In this document: piece after piece, positions 1 to 11,314 of the stretch
Numbering within the stretch: position 1 is the first letter of the stretch
Layout of the letters: the number at the start of each line of letters is the position of its first letter
From: Callorhinchus milii
Taxonomy: Eukaryota
Assembly: GCF_018977255.1 (NCBI RefSeq)
Contig: NW_024704742.1
Span: 13,952,001 to 14,016,000 of the forward strand
Reading direction: 5' to 3'
Length of the DNA stretch: 64,000 bases
Program-made: the position numbers and the translations under genes
The notes under the pieces: model-generated
Databases searched by the model: none
Seen by the model: only the letters and a program-made list of their open reading frames with translations
Told to the model about the DNA's origin: nothing

Positions 1-430
1 CGTCAGGAGGACTTATGTAGAGTGCAGAATGGATCAATGTCTGTGTATTTTGTAAGTGAACCCAGCTCGGGTTGGATTCGGTTGGGTGTGGGGGGGAATG
101 AATGATGATGCGTTCAAAGAGAAAGATCAGTGAAATGGACCTTGAAGGAGCCGAGGGAAGGGGAGAGGGACTCCGGGACGGAGTTCCAGAGGACTGAGGC
201 AGAAAAGCTGAAAGCCTCACCGCTGACGGTGAGGCCGGCAGGGCAAACCACACAGGCCAATGCCTGGCAAAACGGAAGGAGGGAACGGGCAGGTTGATAA
301 GGTTTCAGAAGATAGAAGAGGTTGGATGAGGCAAGACCATGGAGAGATTTAAAAGTGAGGATGAGGATCTTTAACTCAATCCTCTGGGGGATGGGGAGCC
401 AGTGGAGCCGGGCGATGATGGGGGTGACAC
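1..430 (-). mobile_element. L2 LINE 3' fragment (old), runs off the window start
   Basis: Minus strand encodes the L2 ORF2 C-terminal motif (LHWLPI/FKILIL region, ctggctccccatcccccagagg) followed by a degraded 3' UTR and tail. Confidence 0.8.
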
Positions 431-489
431 ACTAAGTATTATGGAATCAGAAAATACAGCACCTTGGGAGGCTGTTCTATCTATTAAGC

Positions 490-800
490 CTTTGCTGGTG
501 CCAGCCGTCCACTGTTCTTGTCTGATCCTAATTATTTGCTCCCAGGCCCATATCTTTTCAAATTTTTCCATGTCAAATATTCATTGAATATCCATTTAAA
601 TGTTGTTATGGTCTCACCCTCAAAAGCTACTTCAGCATGTGAATGTTTCTTCTAACTTTCCTCTTAACTCATCCAGTCCTTATCAATCTTTAGCTCACAA
701 TTTACTGATTTACCAACCATTGGAAATAATTTTTCACTGTTTTTTTAAATTAATCCCTAATTAATTAATCAATCCCTTATTAATGATCTCTTATCCTTCT
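490..800 (-). mobile_element. Degraded CR1 LINE 3' fragment
   Basis: Weak similarity to the 3' ends of the CR1 copies at 6447-7775 and 31557-32611. Confidence 0.45.
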
Positions 801-1274
801 CTGTTTCCATTGTGACTACTTCCTTTGTATTTCAACTGACTGAAGGAATGTAAAGTATTGTACGATTGAAATAGTGAGCAGGTAGAGTGGGCTACCACAG
901 TTTCCTTCAATAGGTAGGAGCTGATCTGAATACATACTGATGAGGAAGTTTCCTCTCTCTGCCGAGTACAAGAATCCTAAATGAAAATAGGCTCAGTCCT
1001 GTAATTTGGCTTTAATTATAACTTGCTCAAAGAAACGTAAATTTGCAGAGTGCAGTGGGGAGCAATCTTTGAGATTGGAATTAAGTGCGTAACATAAAGG
1101 GAACTGTGGATTTTGTATCAGTGCTGAAAGTGCTTTATCCTGAATGCAACCTATGCTGTAACTGGCTTTTGAGCACACTTGTGGATTTTGATGCAAGAAA
1201 CATTGAATGTGAAAATAACAAAAAAGATTGCCTGTCTTAAGCTTTCACAAGCGATGCATATTTTTTTTTCTGTC

Positions 1275-1590
1275 CTTTATCTGTGAGACGTTAATTGAGG
1301 TCCTGTCTGCTTGTTTACGTGGACATTAAAAATCCACCTTAACACTATTCAAAAAGTGCTGTGTGTGCAAATTGACTGCCATATTTGTCCAAAACTACAC
1401 AGTCCAATTTCTCGTGAATCCTGTAAAGTGCTTTGAGACGTCCTCCCGACGTGAAAGCCTCTATATCAAATATAATGATTATCATCCTTGCTTTTGTTGT
1501 AGCAAGCTAACACGTTGTCAAGACATTTCAAAGTGCTTCACAGGATTTCACTCTGAAGTGTCGTATCTATGTATGTGTAGATGAACAAAT
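1275..1590. mobile_element. Deu-domain (SacSINE1-like) SINE fragment (+) abutting tail-to-tail with a minus-strand SINE tail
   Basis: gagacgttaattgaggtcctgtctgc...gtggacattaaaaatcc is the Deu block, followed by tail gtgctttgagacgtcctcccgacgtgaaag. An inverted tail starts at about 1480 (atccttgc...caaagtgcttcacagg). Confidence 0.7.
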
Positions 1591-1957
1591 GTATACCTTT
1601 CTGAAGAGTCCCCTCTTGGCAAATTCCGACTACTTCAGAGCAATGTAAGTAATTATTGATAGTTAGCTACAGTGTAGATATATCCTTAACCCTATGAATC
1701 AAAGCTCCAATGGGTCGGGAGGTGATGGGAGCACAGCTACTGTGTTGCACAGTACACTCATGGAATATTATCATATCATGTACCTTCTTATGCCATGGGA
1801 TGGTGGGAGTTATAGTAATAGAATATTGCCAAATTGAATCCCACTGCGACGTTTAGTACACTGATCTTTTCCGGACACTTCATGAGTGCTTTCAGACCAG
1901 TTGAAGACTGATTGCATCAAGCCTTGCCTTGTCAGTTCCTTGAAGTCCATAATACTA

Positions 1958-2228
1958 ACAACAACAAGAACAAGATTTCATTTATAGAGCGCCTTTCACG
2001 TCGGGAGGACGTGCCAAGGCGCTGGACAGTTGGGTCAGGACCCGAGCAGGGGGGAAATGGTCAGGGTGAGGGGAGGGAAGGAAGGGAGCGAGGAGAGGGG
2101 AAATGGTCAGGGTGAGGGGAGGGAAGGGAGGGAGCGAGGAGGGGGAATGGTCAGGGTGAGGGGAGGGAAGGGAGGGAGCGAGGAGGGGGTTGAGAGTCGA
2201 GAGGGGAGCTGAAGGCACGGTCAAAGAG
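1958..2228 (-). mobile_element. Young L2 LINE, 3'-terminal ~270 bp
   Basis: (TTG)n tail, terminal stem-loop agcgcctt...aaggcgct, and 3' UTR nearly identical to the adjacent copy. Confidence 0.9.
2048..2188. repeat. ~47-bp G-rich tandem repeat in the L2 3' UTR (3 units; 2 more units at ~2317-2415)
   Basis: Unit gggggaaatggtcagggtgaggggagggaagggagggagcgagga is directly repeated. Confidence 0.9.
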
Positions 2229-3134
2229 AACAACAACAACAAGATTCCATTTATAAAGCGCCTTTCACGTCAGGAGGACGTCCCAAGGCGCTGCACAGTT
2301 GGGTCATGACCCGAGCAGGGGGGAAATGGTCAGGGTGAGGGGAGGGAAGGGAGGGAGCGAGGAGGGGGGAAATGGTCAGGGTGAGGGGAGGGAAGGGAGG
2401 GAGCGAGGAGGGGGAAGAGAGTCGAGAGGGGAGCTGAAGGCTCGGTCAAAGAGGAAGGTTTTGAGACCGGCCTTGAAGGAGGAGAGGGAGGAAGCAAGGC
2501 GAAGGCACTGGGGGATAGAGTTCCAGAGCCTAGGGGCTGAGAGGCTGAAGGCCCGACCACCGATGGTAGGGCGATTGGGGCGGGGGACGTGGAGCAGACC
2601 GGAGCCGGAGGAACGGAGGGTACGGGCAGGTAGGTAGGGGGATAGTAGGTTGGAGAGGTAGGAGGGAGCAAGGCCGTGAATGGCCTTGTAGGTGAGGATG
2701 AGGATCTGGAAATCAATCCTCTGGGGGATGGAGAGCCAGTGGAGGCGAGCGAGGGTGGGAGTGATGTGGTCGCGAAGCCTGGTGCGGGACAGTACACGAG
2801 CTGCAGAGTTCTGAATGACCTGCAGCTTGTGGAGGGAGGTGGCGGGAAGGCCGGCGAGGAGAGAGTTCCCATAGTCCAGCCTTGAGGTGACAAAGGCGTG
2901 AACCAGGGTTTCAGCCGCGTGAGGGGTGAGGTAATGCCGTAGTCTGGCGATGTTCCGGAGCGGATTACTGGGGCGGGGGATGTGGAGCAGACCGGAGCCA
3001 GAGGAACGGAGGGTACAGGCAGGTAAGTAAGGGGATAGTAGGTCGGAGAGGTAGGAGGGAGCAAGGCCGTGGATGGCCTTGTAGGTGAGGATGAGGATCT
3101 TGAATTCGAGGTGAGGATGAGGATCTTGAATTCG
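2229..3134 (-). mobile_element. Young 5'-truncated L2 LINE with a rearranged 5' end
   Basis: ORF 2376..3191(-) carries [44 protein letters not shown] and GGRAFSLSAPRLWNSIP. CpGs are retained and a (TTG)n tail is present. Confidence 0.95.
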
Positions 3135-3524
3135 ATGTTGGAAGTCCTCATGACTACAACTTGAGCTGCAAAGAATAATAGAATGGCCCACTCACAATGT
3201 GCTAGATTATCACTCCATATTAGTTTCATGCCGTCATCATACTGTCACCATAATGTCACAATGGCTTAAGATGTTGCTGCTTTCAAATATGTTAACTGAA
3301 CAAGACAGAAGTGCAAGGCAAACCAAACATGTTTTCCATATTCCAGTGAGATGTCTCCGGTGTACCTTTACGACTCCATTCTTTGTTAAAATTAATGCTC
3401 CCTCTGATTACTGAACATCTTTTACACTTAATTACAATGGCATTTGAAACAGACACATTTGACTGTTGATTTGTATAATCCTGAATGGAAAAAATAGTCA
3501 CAAATTGAAGACCAGTATATACAT

Positions 3525-3662
3525 AAAACACAAAATACTACAGATGCTGGAAATCTGAAACAAAAACAGAAGTCACTGGGAATACTCAGTAGGTCAGGTA
3601 GCATCTATGGAGAAAGGAAAGAGTCAATGTTTTGGGTCCACAAACCTTTATCACAGATTCTG
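3525..3662 (-). mobile_element. Penelope-like element terminal (pLTR) fragment
   Basis: cagatgctggaaatctgaaacaaaaacagaa...actcagtaggtcaggtagcatctatggag matches, from recall, the abundant chondrichthyan Penelope-type terminus. A second copy lies at 15130-15208. Confidence 0.6.
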
Positions 3663-3689
3663 GTTTTTCCTCCCTCCCCTGCCCTGTCA

Positions 3690-4405
3690 CCTGCGAGATA
3701 TCCCAAGGCCATCCTTGGGATTCTTTTCCTCATCTACATGCTCCATCTCAGCGACATCATCTGCAGACATGGGGTCAACTTCCAAATGTATGTGGATGAC
3801 ACCCAAATCTACTTCTCCTCCTCCAGCTGCGACTCCCAGTCTGCTGATGTCCTGTCAGTTTATTTGAAGGACTGGATAAGCGCAAATTTCCTGCAGCTGA
3901 ATGTCAGCAAGATGGAAGTCATACTCTTCGTTCCCGTCAACATCTTCTTTCCTGCGAGACCAAACTCCTCAATCTCCCTGAGCTTTCCCTAGATTCTCCG
4001 AACGTAGGCATCAGGTTCGATCCCAAACTTTCCTTTCTACCCAACATCCATCCCCTGACCAGGATCGCTTTTTTCCACCGGCGCCACATTGCCCACCTCC
4101 TTCCGTACCTCACACCCACAACAGCTGAAACCCTCTTCCACATCTTCGTCACTTCCCAGCTGGACTATTCCAATGCCTTCCTCGCTGGTCTCCATAGCTC
4201 CACCATATACAAAATTCAAATAATTCAAATCTCCGCTGGCTCCGGCCTCCTGTTTGTTCCTCATGCCCTCCGTTCCACCGTGGCCGTGGCTTCATCCACT
4301 ATGCCCCCTCCCTCTCCCCCTGGCTCGTTGTCAGACTCTGCCACTGTAAAGTGCTCCAGGATGCTACCTCGCGTGAAGGGCACTATATAAATGCAAGTTG
4401 TTGTA
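3690..4405 (+). mobile_element. Degraded L2 LINE 3' part
   Basis: YMLHLSDIICRHGVNFQMYVDDTQIY (RT YADD-like motif) and the L2 tail gcactatataaatgcaagttgttg. Confidence 0.9.
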
Positions 4406-5169
4406 GTTATTACACCTTTTTCTTTGAACAAGATGTAGTCTTCACTTTACGCAAGTAATACTCTGCTTAGCTCAAAGATAAGTTCCCCAGAGACTATCTC
4501 CTGTTTTGCTGCACTGAGCACATCTGGCCTCTCCATTTCTTTGTTGTTTGTGTAGTGTGTTAGTCACTGAATAATGTGCTATTTTTCAGTTAGCCTGCTT
4601 TGTCTAATTTTCTGCTGTCACTGTGGGGAGACTTGTAAGTAAATCAGTCACAAAACAAATTGGAAAATCATAATGACTGCAGCTATAACATTTTATGTGG
4701 GGTTGATGTTTCTTCTCATCAAGTCATTTGCAGATAGAATATCTCAAAGTCTAGTTACAAATCACAAGTCTATTTTTAGATTTAAATGCAGATATCTGTG
4801 TTCTAGTTCTTAGGCCAAATCCCCAATGTCCTGACACAAGATTGGGATACACAGTTTATTTTCATTTAAATGCAGTAAAGTCAGAATAGTATGGTGTAGA
4901 ATGCTTTGCATACCAATGCTAACAAACAAATCTTTGTCAGATGCAGCAACTGATACTGATGTACGATTGTGATTGTGACTTCAAAGCAACAACTTTAATG
5001 AAATTCTTTGTCATGTCTTTATCTGTATTTGGACAAAATTGTAAGTTTGGCACAGTCGGTTCTAGGGTATTCTTTGGGCTAGGTCTAGAAGGTTTATTGT
5101 AGTGCAAAACAAGAAGAATTTGCCTCCTCAGTAACATCAATACTAGAGGGGAGGAATGAAATTATTTTT

Positions 5170-5440
5170 GAGGTGTGACCCAGGCAAGCAAATTATAGAC
5201 AACCTGGACAGAGAACGGTTGTGTGATTGTGGATTACACTTCCCAGAAGGCATTGATTCAGAATCAATTGAGGTGTTTAATACGAAAATAAATATAGCAA
5301 ATACTTTGTAGTGATGGTTTTAAGGGAAATGGATAACAGCAGGGAATTGTGATTTAAAGGATTAAGAGCAACCAGGAAACAATTAAATGGCAGGGCCAGG
5401 TTAATGGACAGAATGTGTTCCTGTTGTTATGTTCCTAACT
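5170..5440 (+). mobile_element. Highly degraded CR1 3' fragment
   Basis: Remnant of the QRVVRIWNALP/3' UTR region ending in gttcctgttgttatgttccta. Confidence 0.45.
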
Positions 5441-6446
5441 TTAGATACCTTCTCTTCATATGGAGTATTGACCCATTCGAGTTCAGAAAAGACTAGAATT
5501 CTGAAACTTAGGAGTCATATTGGCATTTGCTCCTCTAATTATACTTTTCGAACTTTCTATTGAAAGTTCCACTGGAACTTCCTATTTCACTCCACTGAAA
5601 TAATATTTCCCTATGATGAGAAAAGATTCTGACAAGTGGCTTGACTAAGCTGTATTTCCAAATGACTGTAATAAAAAATAAATTGACATTACATAAACAT
5701 TACAAGAATTATGTGATCCTTTAAAGTCAATCCTGGGAGATGGTGAAAGAGGGAAAAAAAAGTTGCAATGTATTTTGTTTGAAGTTCTATAAAAATATTA
5801 AATAAATTAGGCTTCTGCTTCATGTAGGTGCTTTCACAGCATGTGCTTATAATGGAAAATACATAATGCGCGTCCTTCAAAATGTTACCCATTAACCTGA
5901 CTAAACTGGTTAAAAAATTGTACTTTTTAACTACTTTTAATTGAGCTAAGGATAATGAATGGGAGTTTTGATTTGATTATTCAGATTAGGAAGGACATAT
6001 TAAAGTATAATAATGGAACAGGATTAATTTCCTTCTATTATCTGCTGCTCAAAGCATTGCTAGTAACACTGTCCTAGACCCTGGTCCATTAATAATCTGT
6101 CCCAGTGGTGTAGTCCTCTAGTTCTACTTGTGACTTTTCCAGTTTCTTACTCTCATCATTCCGTGTCCCAGTCTTCAAGTCCCATAAGTGCCAGGCGCAG
6201 AATTCTCAGCCATCTTTTGCGTTATCAGTGTCTCATTCCTACTTTTTGTTTATCCATCTCTCTGTTTTCTCCAACGTGTTCCTTTGTACCCCTTCAGCAT
6301 CCACCCACTGTTACAAAGAGAGCAGGTGGACATTCTGCTGTAAGGTTTGTGCCAATGCTGCTCTGAGTGAGAACAGGAGATCCCAAATGGTAGACTGCAA
6401 TGTGGAGTCAGACAGCAAATCCATTTTAACTAGAGGACATGTGCAA

Positions 6447-7775
6447 ATCATAGAATCATAGAATCATACAGCACAAAAAGAGGTCATACGGCCCATCAAG
6501 TTTGTGCCGGCCCTTTGAAAAGAGCAATGTAATGTCAATCCCACTCCCCAGCCCTTTCCCCATAACCCTGCAAACCCGTGCTCCTCAAATACCCGTCCAA
6601 CGCGTTTTTAAAAGTAGTTATCAAATCGGCTCCACCACCCTTTCAGGCAATGCGTTCCAGATTCGAACAACTCGCTGCGTGAAAAAATGTCTTCTCACCT
6701 CCCCTCTGCTTCTTTTAGAGACTATTTTAAATCTGTGATCTCGAGTCACCGACACACCCACCAGTGAAAACAGTTTTTCCCTTTCTAACCTATCAAATCC
6801 CCTCATGATTTTGAAGACCTCTATTAGGTCTCCTCGTAACTTTCTCTGCTTCAGTGAGAATAATCCCAGCCTCTCCAGCCTTTCCTCATAATCAAGGTCC
6901 CTCATTCCTGGTACCATCCTCGTAAATCTCCTTTGCACCCTTTCGAATGCCTTAACATCCTTCCTACAGTGTGGTGCCCAGAACTGGGCACAATATTCTA
7001 ACTGAGGCCTAACCAGTGTTTTATATAGGTTAATCATAACCACCTGACTCTTGTACTCTATGCCCCTATTTATAAAGCCTGGTATCCCATATGCCCTTTT
7101 TACAGCTTTATCTACCTGTCCTGCCACCTTCAAGTATTCATTTACTTGCACTCCCAGGTCTCTCTGTTCTTTTACTCCCCTTAAGATTGTATTACCAGCC
7201 TATATTGCCTCCCCTCATTCTTTCTACCAAAATGCATTACCTCGCATTTCTCCACATTGAAATTCATCTGCCATGTGTCTGCCCATTTTACCATTCTGTC
7301 TATGTCTTCCTGCAGTTGGCTACTATTCTTCTCACTGTTTTCCACCCTACCTAACTTTTGTCGTCCGCAAACTTGGAAATGGTACTTGTTAGTCCAGATC
7401 GTTTATGTATATTAAGAAGAGCAGTGGTCCTAATACCGATCCCTGGGGGACACCACTGTACACATCCGTCCAGTCAGAAAAGCAGCCGTTCACTACAACT
7501 CTCTGCTTTCTGTCTCCCAGCCAGTTCTGGATACCATGGGCTTCTATCTTTCTTACAAGTCTTTCATGTGGCACTTTGTCAAATGCCTTTTGAAAGTCCA
7601 TATAAACTACATCAACTGCACTACCCTTATCCACCATCTCCGTCACCTCATTGAAATATTCTATTAGATTTATTAGACAAGATTTGCCTTTAACAAATCC
7701 ATGTTGGCTGTCCCTAATTAACCCATATTCTTCTAAGTGAAAATTTATTCTATCCCGGATTATAGTCTCTATTCT
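6447..7775 (-). mobile_element. CR1 LINE, 5'-truncated (RT and C-terminus)
   Basis: ORFs 7389..7799 ([38 protein letters not shown]) and 6621..7151 (LYKTLVRPQLEY, RGDLIEVFKI, FFTQRVVRIWNALP). CR1-type (ATTCTATG)n tail. Confidence 0.97.
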
Positions 7776-8129
7776 GTCCTGGAATATAGATGGAGGCAAT
7801 TGAGTTGCAGATGGTTCAAAGTATTGACATCTATGTTTTTATAAATACCACAGTTTTCCTAATGGAAGAGAGCTTCTAATAGCACTTTAAGTTTGTCGAA
7901 CATTCTTCCGGCTCTTTGAATACATTTACAAACCACGCTTTGCTGGATTCATTGATCTTCCACATTGTCATTCGAAAGTTTAGAGGAAAGGCTGAAAATA
8001 AACTGTTTTCTGAGCTTCAGTGGTGCCATTGAAGGAGCAGAGAGACATCTATAGGAGTTGGACAAGTAAGAAATATATATTTAAAGCTAATATATCCCAG
8101 TGGGTTTTTGGGCACTCAGTCATTCGCAT

Positions 8130-8510
8130 TAGATATGCATTCAAACTGTGGCCTGTGATAAGTTAGCTGGTCACAGCTGGGATGTTACAACTGACTTTAG
8201 TGCATCTCATTTTGGAAAGAGTATGTGTTGGGGGGGCAGGGGGAGAGGAGAGAGAAACCAATCATGTTTTTGCTCCTGATCATAACCCAGAGATCGTACT
8301 GGAAGTGGGCATATATGGATATAAGAATACTTCCTCTTCGACCGTATATATGATCAGCTCCCCCCAGCTCATTGGTGCTATATAAATGTACATTGTTGTT
8401 GACAACATAATTAGACTTGGCTGCAGTGCCTCTCCAGAATCAAACAGCCATCCAGACAACATTCATTGGCAGAGTTCACTTGGACAAGGTATCAGATGAT
8501 GCCGGATGAC
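8130..8510 (+). mobile_element. Old unclassified SINE-like repeat (family X)
   Basis: Shares the ctcctgatc.a..ccag.gac..ctggaag block with 10330-10640, 61690-61915 and others. Confidence 0.5.
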
Positions 8511-8519
8511 AGTCAAAGG

Positions 8520-8945
8520 TGACAGCTTCACTCAGTGGGTGGCATTTTCACCTCTAAGTCAGAAAGTTGTGGGTGCAAGCCCAACACTGGGACTTTGAGC
8601 TCATAGTCAAGGTTGCAACTCCAATGCAGTGCTGGGGGAATGCTGCAGGGTGGAAGTGCCATCCTTTAGATGAGACATTAAACTAAGCTCCCATCTTCCT
8701 ATTCAAGTGGTTGTTAAATCTTCTATGACACTATATAAAAAGAGAAAGGATTTTCTCCCAGTGCCCTTGCCAAAATTCCCCAGATTAAACTGGCTATTCA
8801 CTTTATGGCTAATTGTGGGACATTGCTATGTGCAAATCATGTTTAACTAATGTCACTAAACCTGACAGAAAAATCCTGTGAAGCACTTTGAAATGCTTCA
8901 GCAGCATGATAAGGCACTATATGAAATGCAATGAATATTATTGTT
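8520..8945 (+). mobile_element. Deu-domain SINE (SacSINE1-like), near full length
   Basis: tRNA-like head ctcagtgggtggca...gtgcaagccc, Deu block gtgccatcctttagatgagacattaaac, and L2-type tail. Confidence 0.8.
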
Positions 8946-9929
8946 GTCAGTAACAACTAGCATGGATGCAAATCTATCAGAATAATTTGCTATACAGGTA
9001 ATAGGCCTTCTGAATTCCTATATACTTGCTTTCCAAAGTCTGTTCTGAGTTGCACAATTCTGTAAGAATGCTTTTATGAATTCTGACAAGATAAATTGGC
9101 CTTTTTTCCTCTTTTTCCTTCCTCTTTGACCCAACTTTCAGTCATCTTTTCACTCCCCACCCCTTTGGCTCCCACTTCCAGTTCAGTTGCCCAGCAAGCA
9201 TTGTCGTGCAATTTGAGACTTCTTCCGATGTGAAAAGCACTATATAAATTTATTATATTGTTTTGTATTCCACCCATTTACACAGATCTTTTCTTTGGTA
9301 AAATTAGCAAACAATGGAATCCACTTCCCTGCTGCTTACATAACTGACAAGCTGAAAACATTAAAGCAATTCCAAATACTCCAGCTACTGTATATATGTT
9401 TTCTCACTAATTGCTAACTAAAATGAGACTGCAATTCATGCAACTTAAAGATGAAACTGTTATTGAATATGCATTAACAAGACGCCTCTTCAGCAGACTC
9501 TGTTATCAATTATATTGAGCATTCTTGTGAGTAATGTTTTGTTTTTTGCAAGTCATCTTTCTAAGTAATAATAACTGCAAGATCAACCTATGAAAGTCAC
9601 ACACACTCTATGTTATAGAGTAGCAGACAAAACAAGAATATAAGCGCCATGGCTGTCAATTTAACTTCAGCCCAAACTTAAAGTTACTATGAATATGCGG
9701 CCTTAATGAGATAAGAAACCATAGAACAGAACATTCACCCCACCAAACTCACTCCTTGGAAAGACCATTCAAAGCCTCCTCTGTTTTGGAATTGCTGCAT
9801 CTCACTTACTGTATCTTTTGGGGGAACATTCTCCATATTTTCTCCCTAATCCCAAAAGATAATTAATCAATTACTCATGTATCATTTCCTATTCTTCCTT
9901 TCCTCTGTTATTTCTCATCTTGAATAAAG

Positions 9930-10145
9930 CTCCCTCGATTTGTCTTTAAATCCCAATTGAACACCTACCTCTTTAACTGTGCCTAGGGTCACCTTCCCCT
10001 CTTCCTTTGTTTAGTGTCCTATCCCACTACTGTGCAGCACTCTGGGATGCTATCCTACATGAATGGTGCTATATTAATGCAAGTTGTTGTTGCTATAAAA
10101 CAAGATTCAACGTCCTCCCAATGTGAAAGGTGCTAAACAAATGTA
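9930..10145 (+). mobile_element. L2 3' UTR/tail fragment with a second tail remnant
   Basis: gcactctgggatgc...ggtgctatattaatgcaagttgttgttg, then cgtcctcccaatgtgaaaggtgct. Confidence 0.65.
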
Positions 10146-10329
10146 ATTTTCTATTGTATTGTTTTGCTACAATTCATAATATATTGATATGGTCAGCACC
10201 TGAGGTAAGGAAAATCCAAGGACAGTGGATAGATAATTAGTGTGGTATGACCATCATTTTCAGCCACTTGATAACTACTACACCATATGTCATATTTTTC
10301 ACCCCTAAATATAGCAGTGTAAGCAATAG

Positions 10330-10700
10330 TGGGGCCTCCCTGGATAGCCCAGTCAGCAAATACACAACTGGATTCAGCCCTGAGCCATTCAGCTTCCAGG
10401 TACAAACTGTGCTTAGCTCGGTGATTTCCATTGAGGTAGCAGTTTGAGAGGTACAGTTGGGTTCAGCGCTGCTGAAATAGGGGATGGAAAATAAGTTAGC
10501 CTTTCTGCTCCTGATCACTATCCAGGGACCTCTGCAGGAAGGTGTAGATGTTGCGAAAGGACAGGGTTAAGTTCAATTATGATGCCTTCCCATTACCCCT
10601 CACACAAAATTGAACAGGACTGACTGTGAAGATTCATAACTAGACAAGGTGTTGGATGGGGCATGATTTACAAGCAAAACTGTTGCCTCACGAGAAAGAT
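10330..10700 (+). mobile_element. Old unclassified tRNA-SINE-like repeat (family X)
   Basis: Head ggatagcccagtc and core ctgctcctgatcactatccagggacctctgcaggaagg...ggacaggg...tgatgcc, shared with several other loci in the window. Confidence 0.6.
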
Positions 10701-10953
10701 AAAAGCGTCAGATGTCTTCAGAAGTGAAAAGTGAGGGCAAAACTGTACGTAATAATAAAAAGAATAGTAGCAGTAGAGATGTTTGGTGTCTAATGTCATC
10801 AAGCAAGCAGTTTAAAGATTTATATTACAATTGTAATTCAATTTTATTTAATTTCCTTAAAAGTACATGCTACCTGGTTTGACACGCTCATTAGTTAAAT
10901 TCTCAAGCCAATGATTTCTGTAAGATGTGTGACTTCATTTGTTCTGCTGACAT

Positions 10954-11314
10954 ATAATAATAATAATCCTTGCATTTGATTTAGCACTTTTCATGTCTTC
11001 AAGATGACTCAAAGCGCTTCTCAGCATATACTGTGAAGTGAATTGACTGTATATTTGTGGGCGAAACGCGGCAGCCAATTGCGCACAGCAGTGTCCCACA
11101 AACAGTCATGGATTAAGTGACCAAATTATTATCGTTTTTTTGATTATTATCCCCCAAAAAATGATGCACCAATCGACTAACAACTGGGTTCCTACTTACT
11201 GCTAGGTAAACAGAGGCGTGTGGAGTAAAGAAACTTGCCCAACATTTCGCCCTGCTGAGAATCAAACTCAGGTTTCTCGCTTGCGAGGCGAGTGCTCTGA
11301 GCTACAGGACTCCA
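10954..11314 (-). mobile_element. Young tRNA-derived SINE, full length (long form)
   Basis: Sense 5' tggagtcctgtagctcag..., B-box-like gagtttgattc, central ctctgtttacctagcagtaagtaggaaccc, and 3' aaatgcaaggattattattattat. Confidence 0.9.

Noticed and set aside
2330..3229. 299-aa Pro/Ser-rich ORF and similar ORFs (16224, 45874, 47337)
   Set aside because: Alternative frames or frameshifted pieces of C-rich L2 sequence, not host genes.
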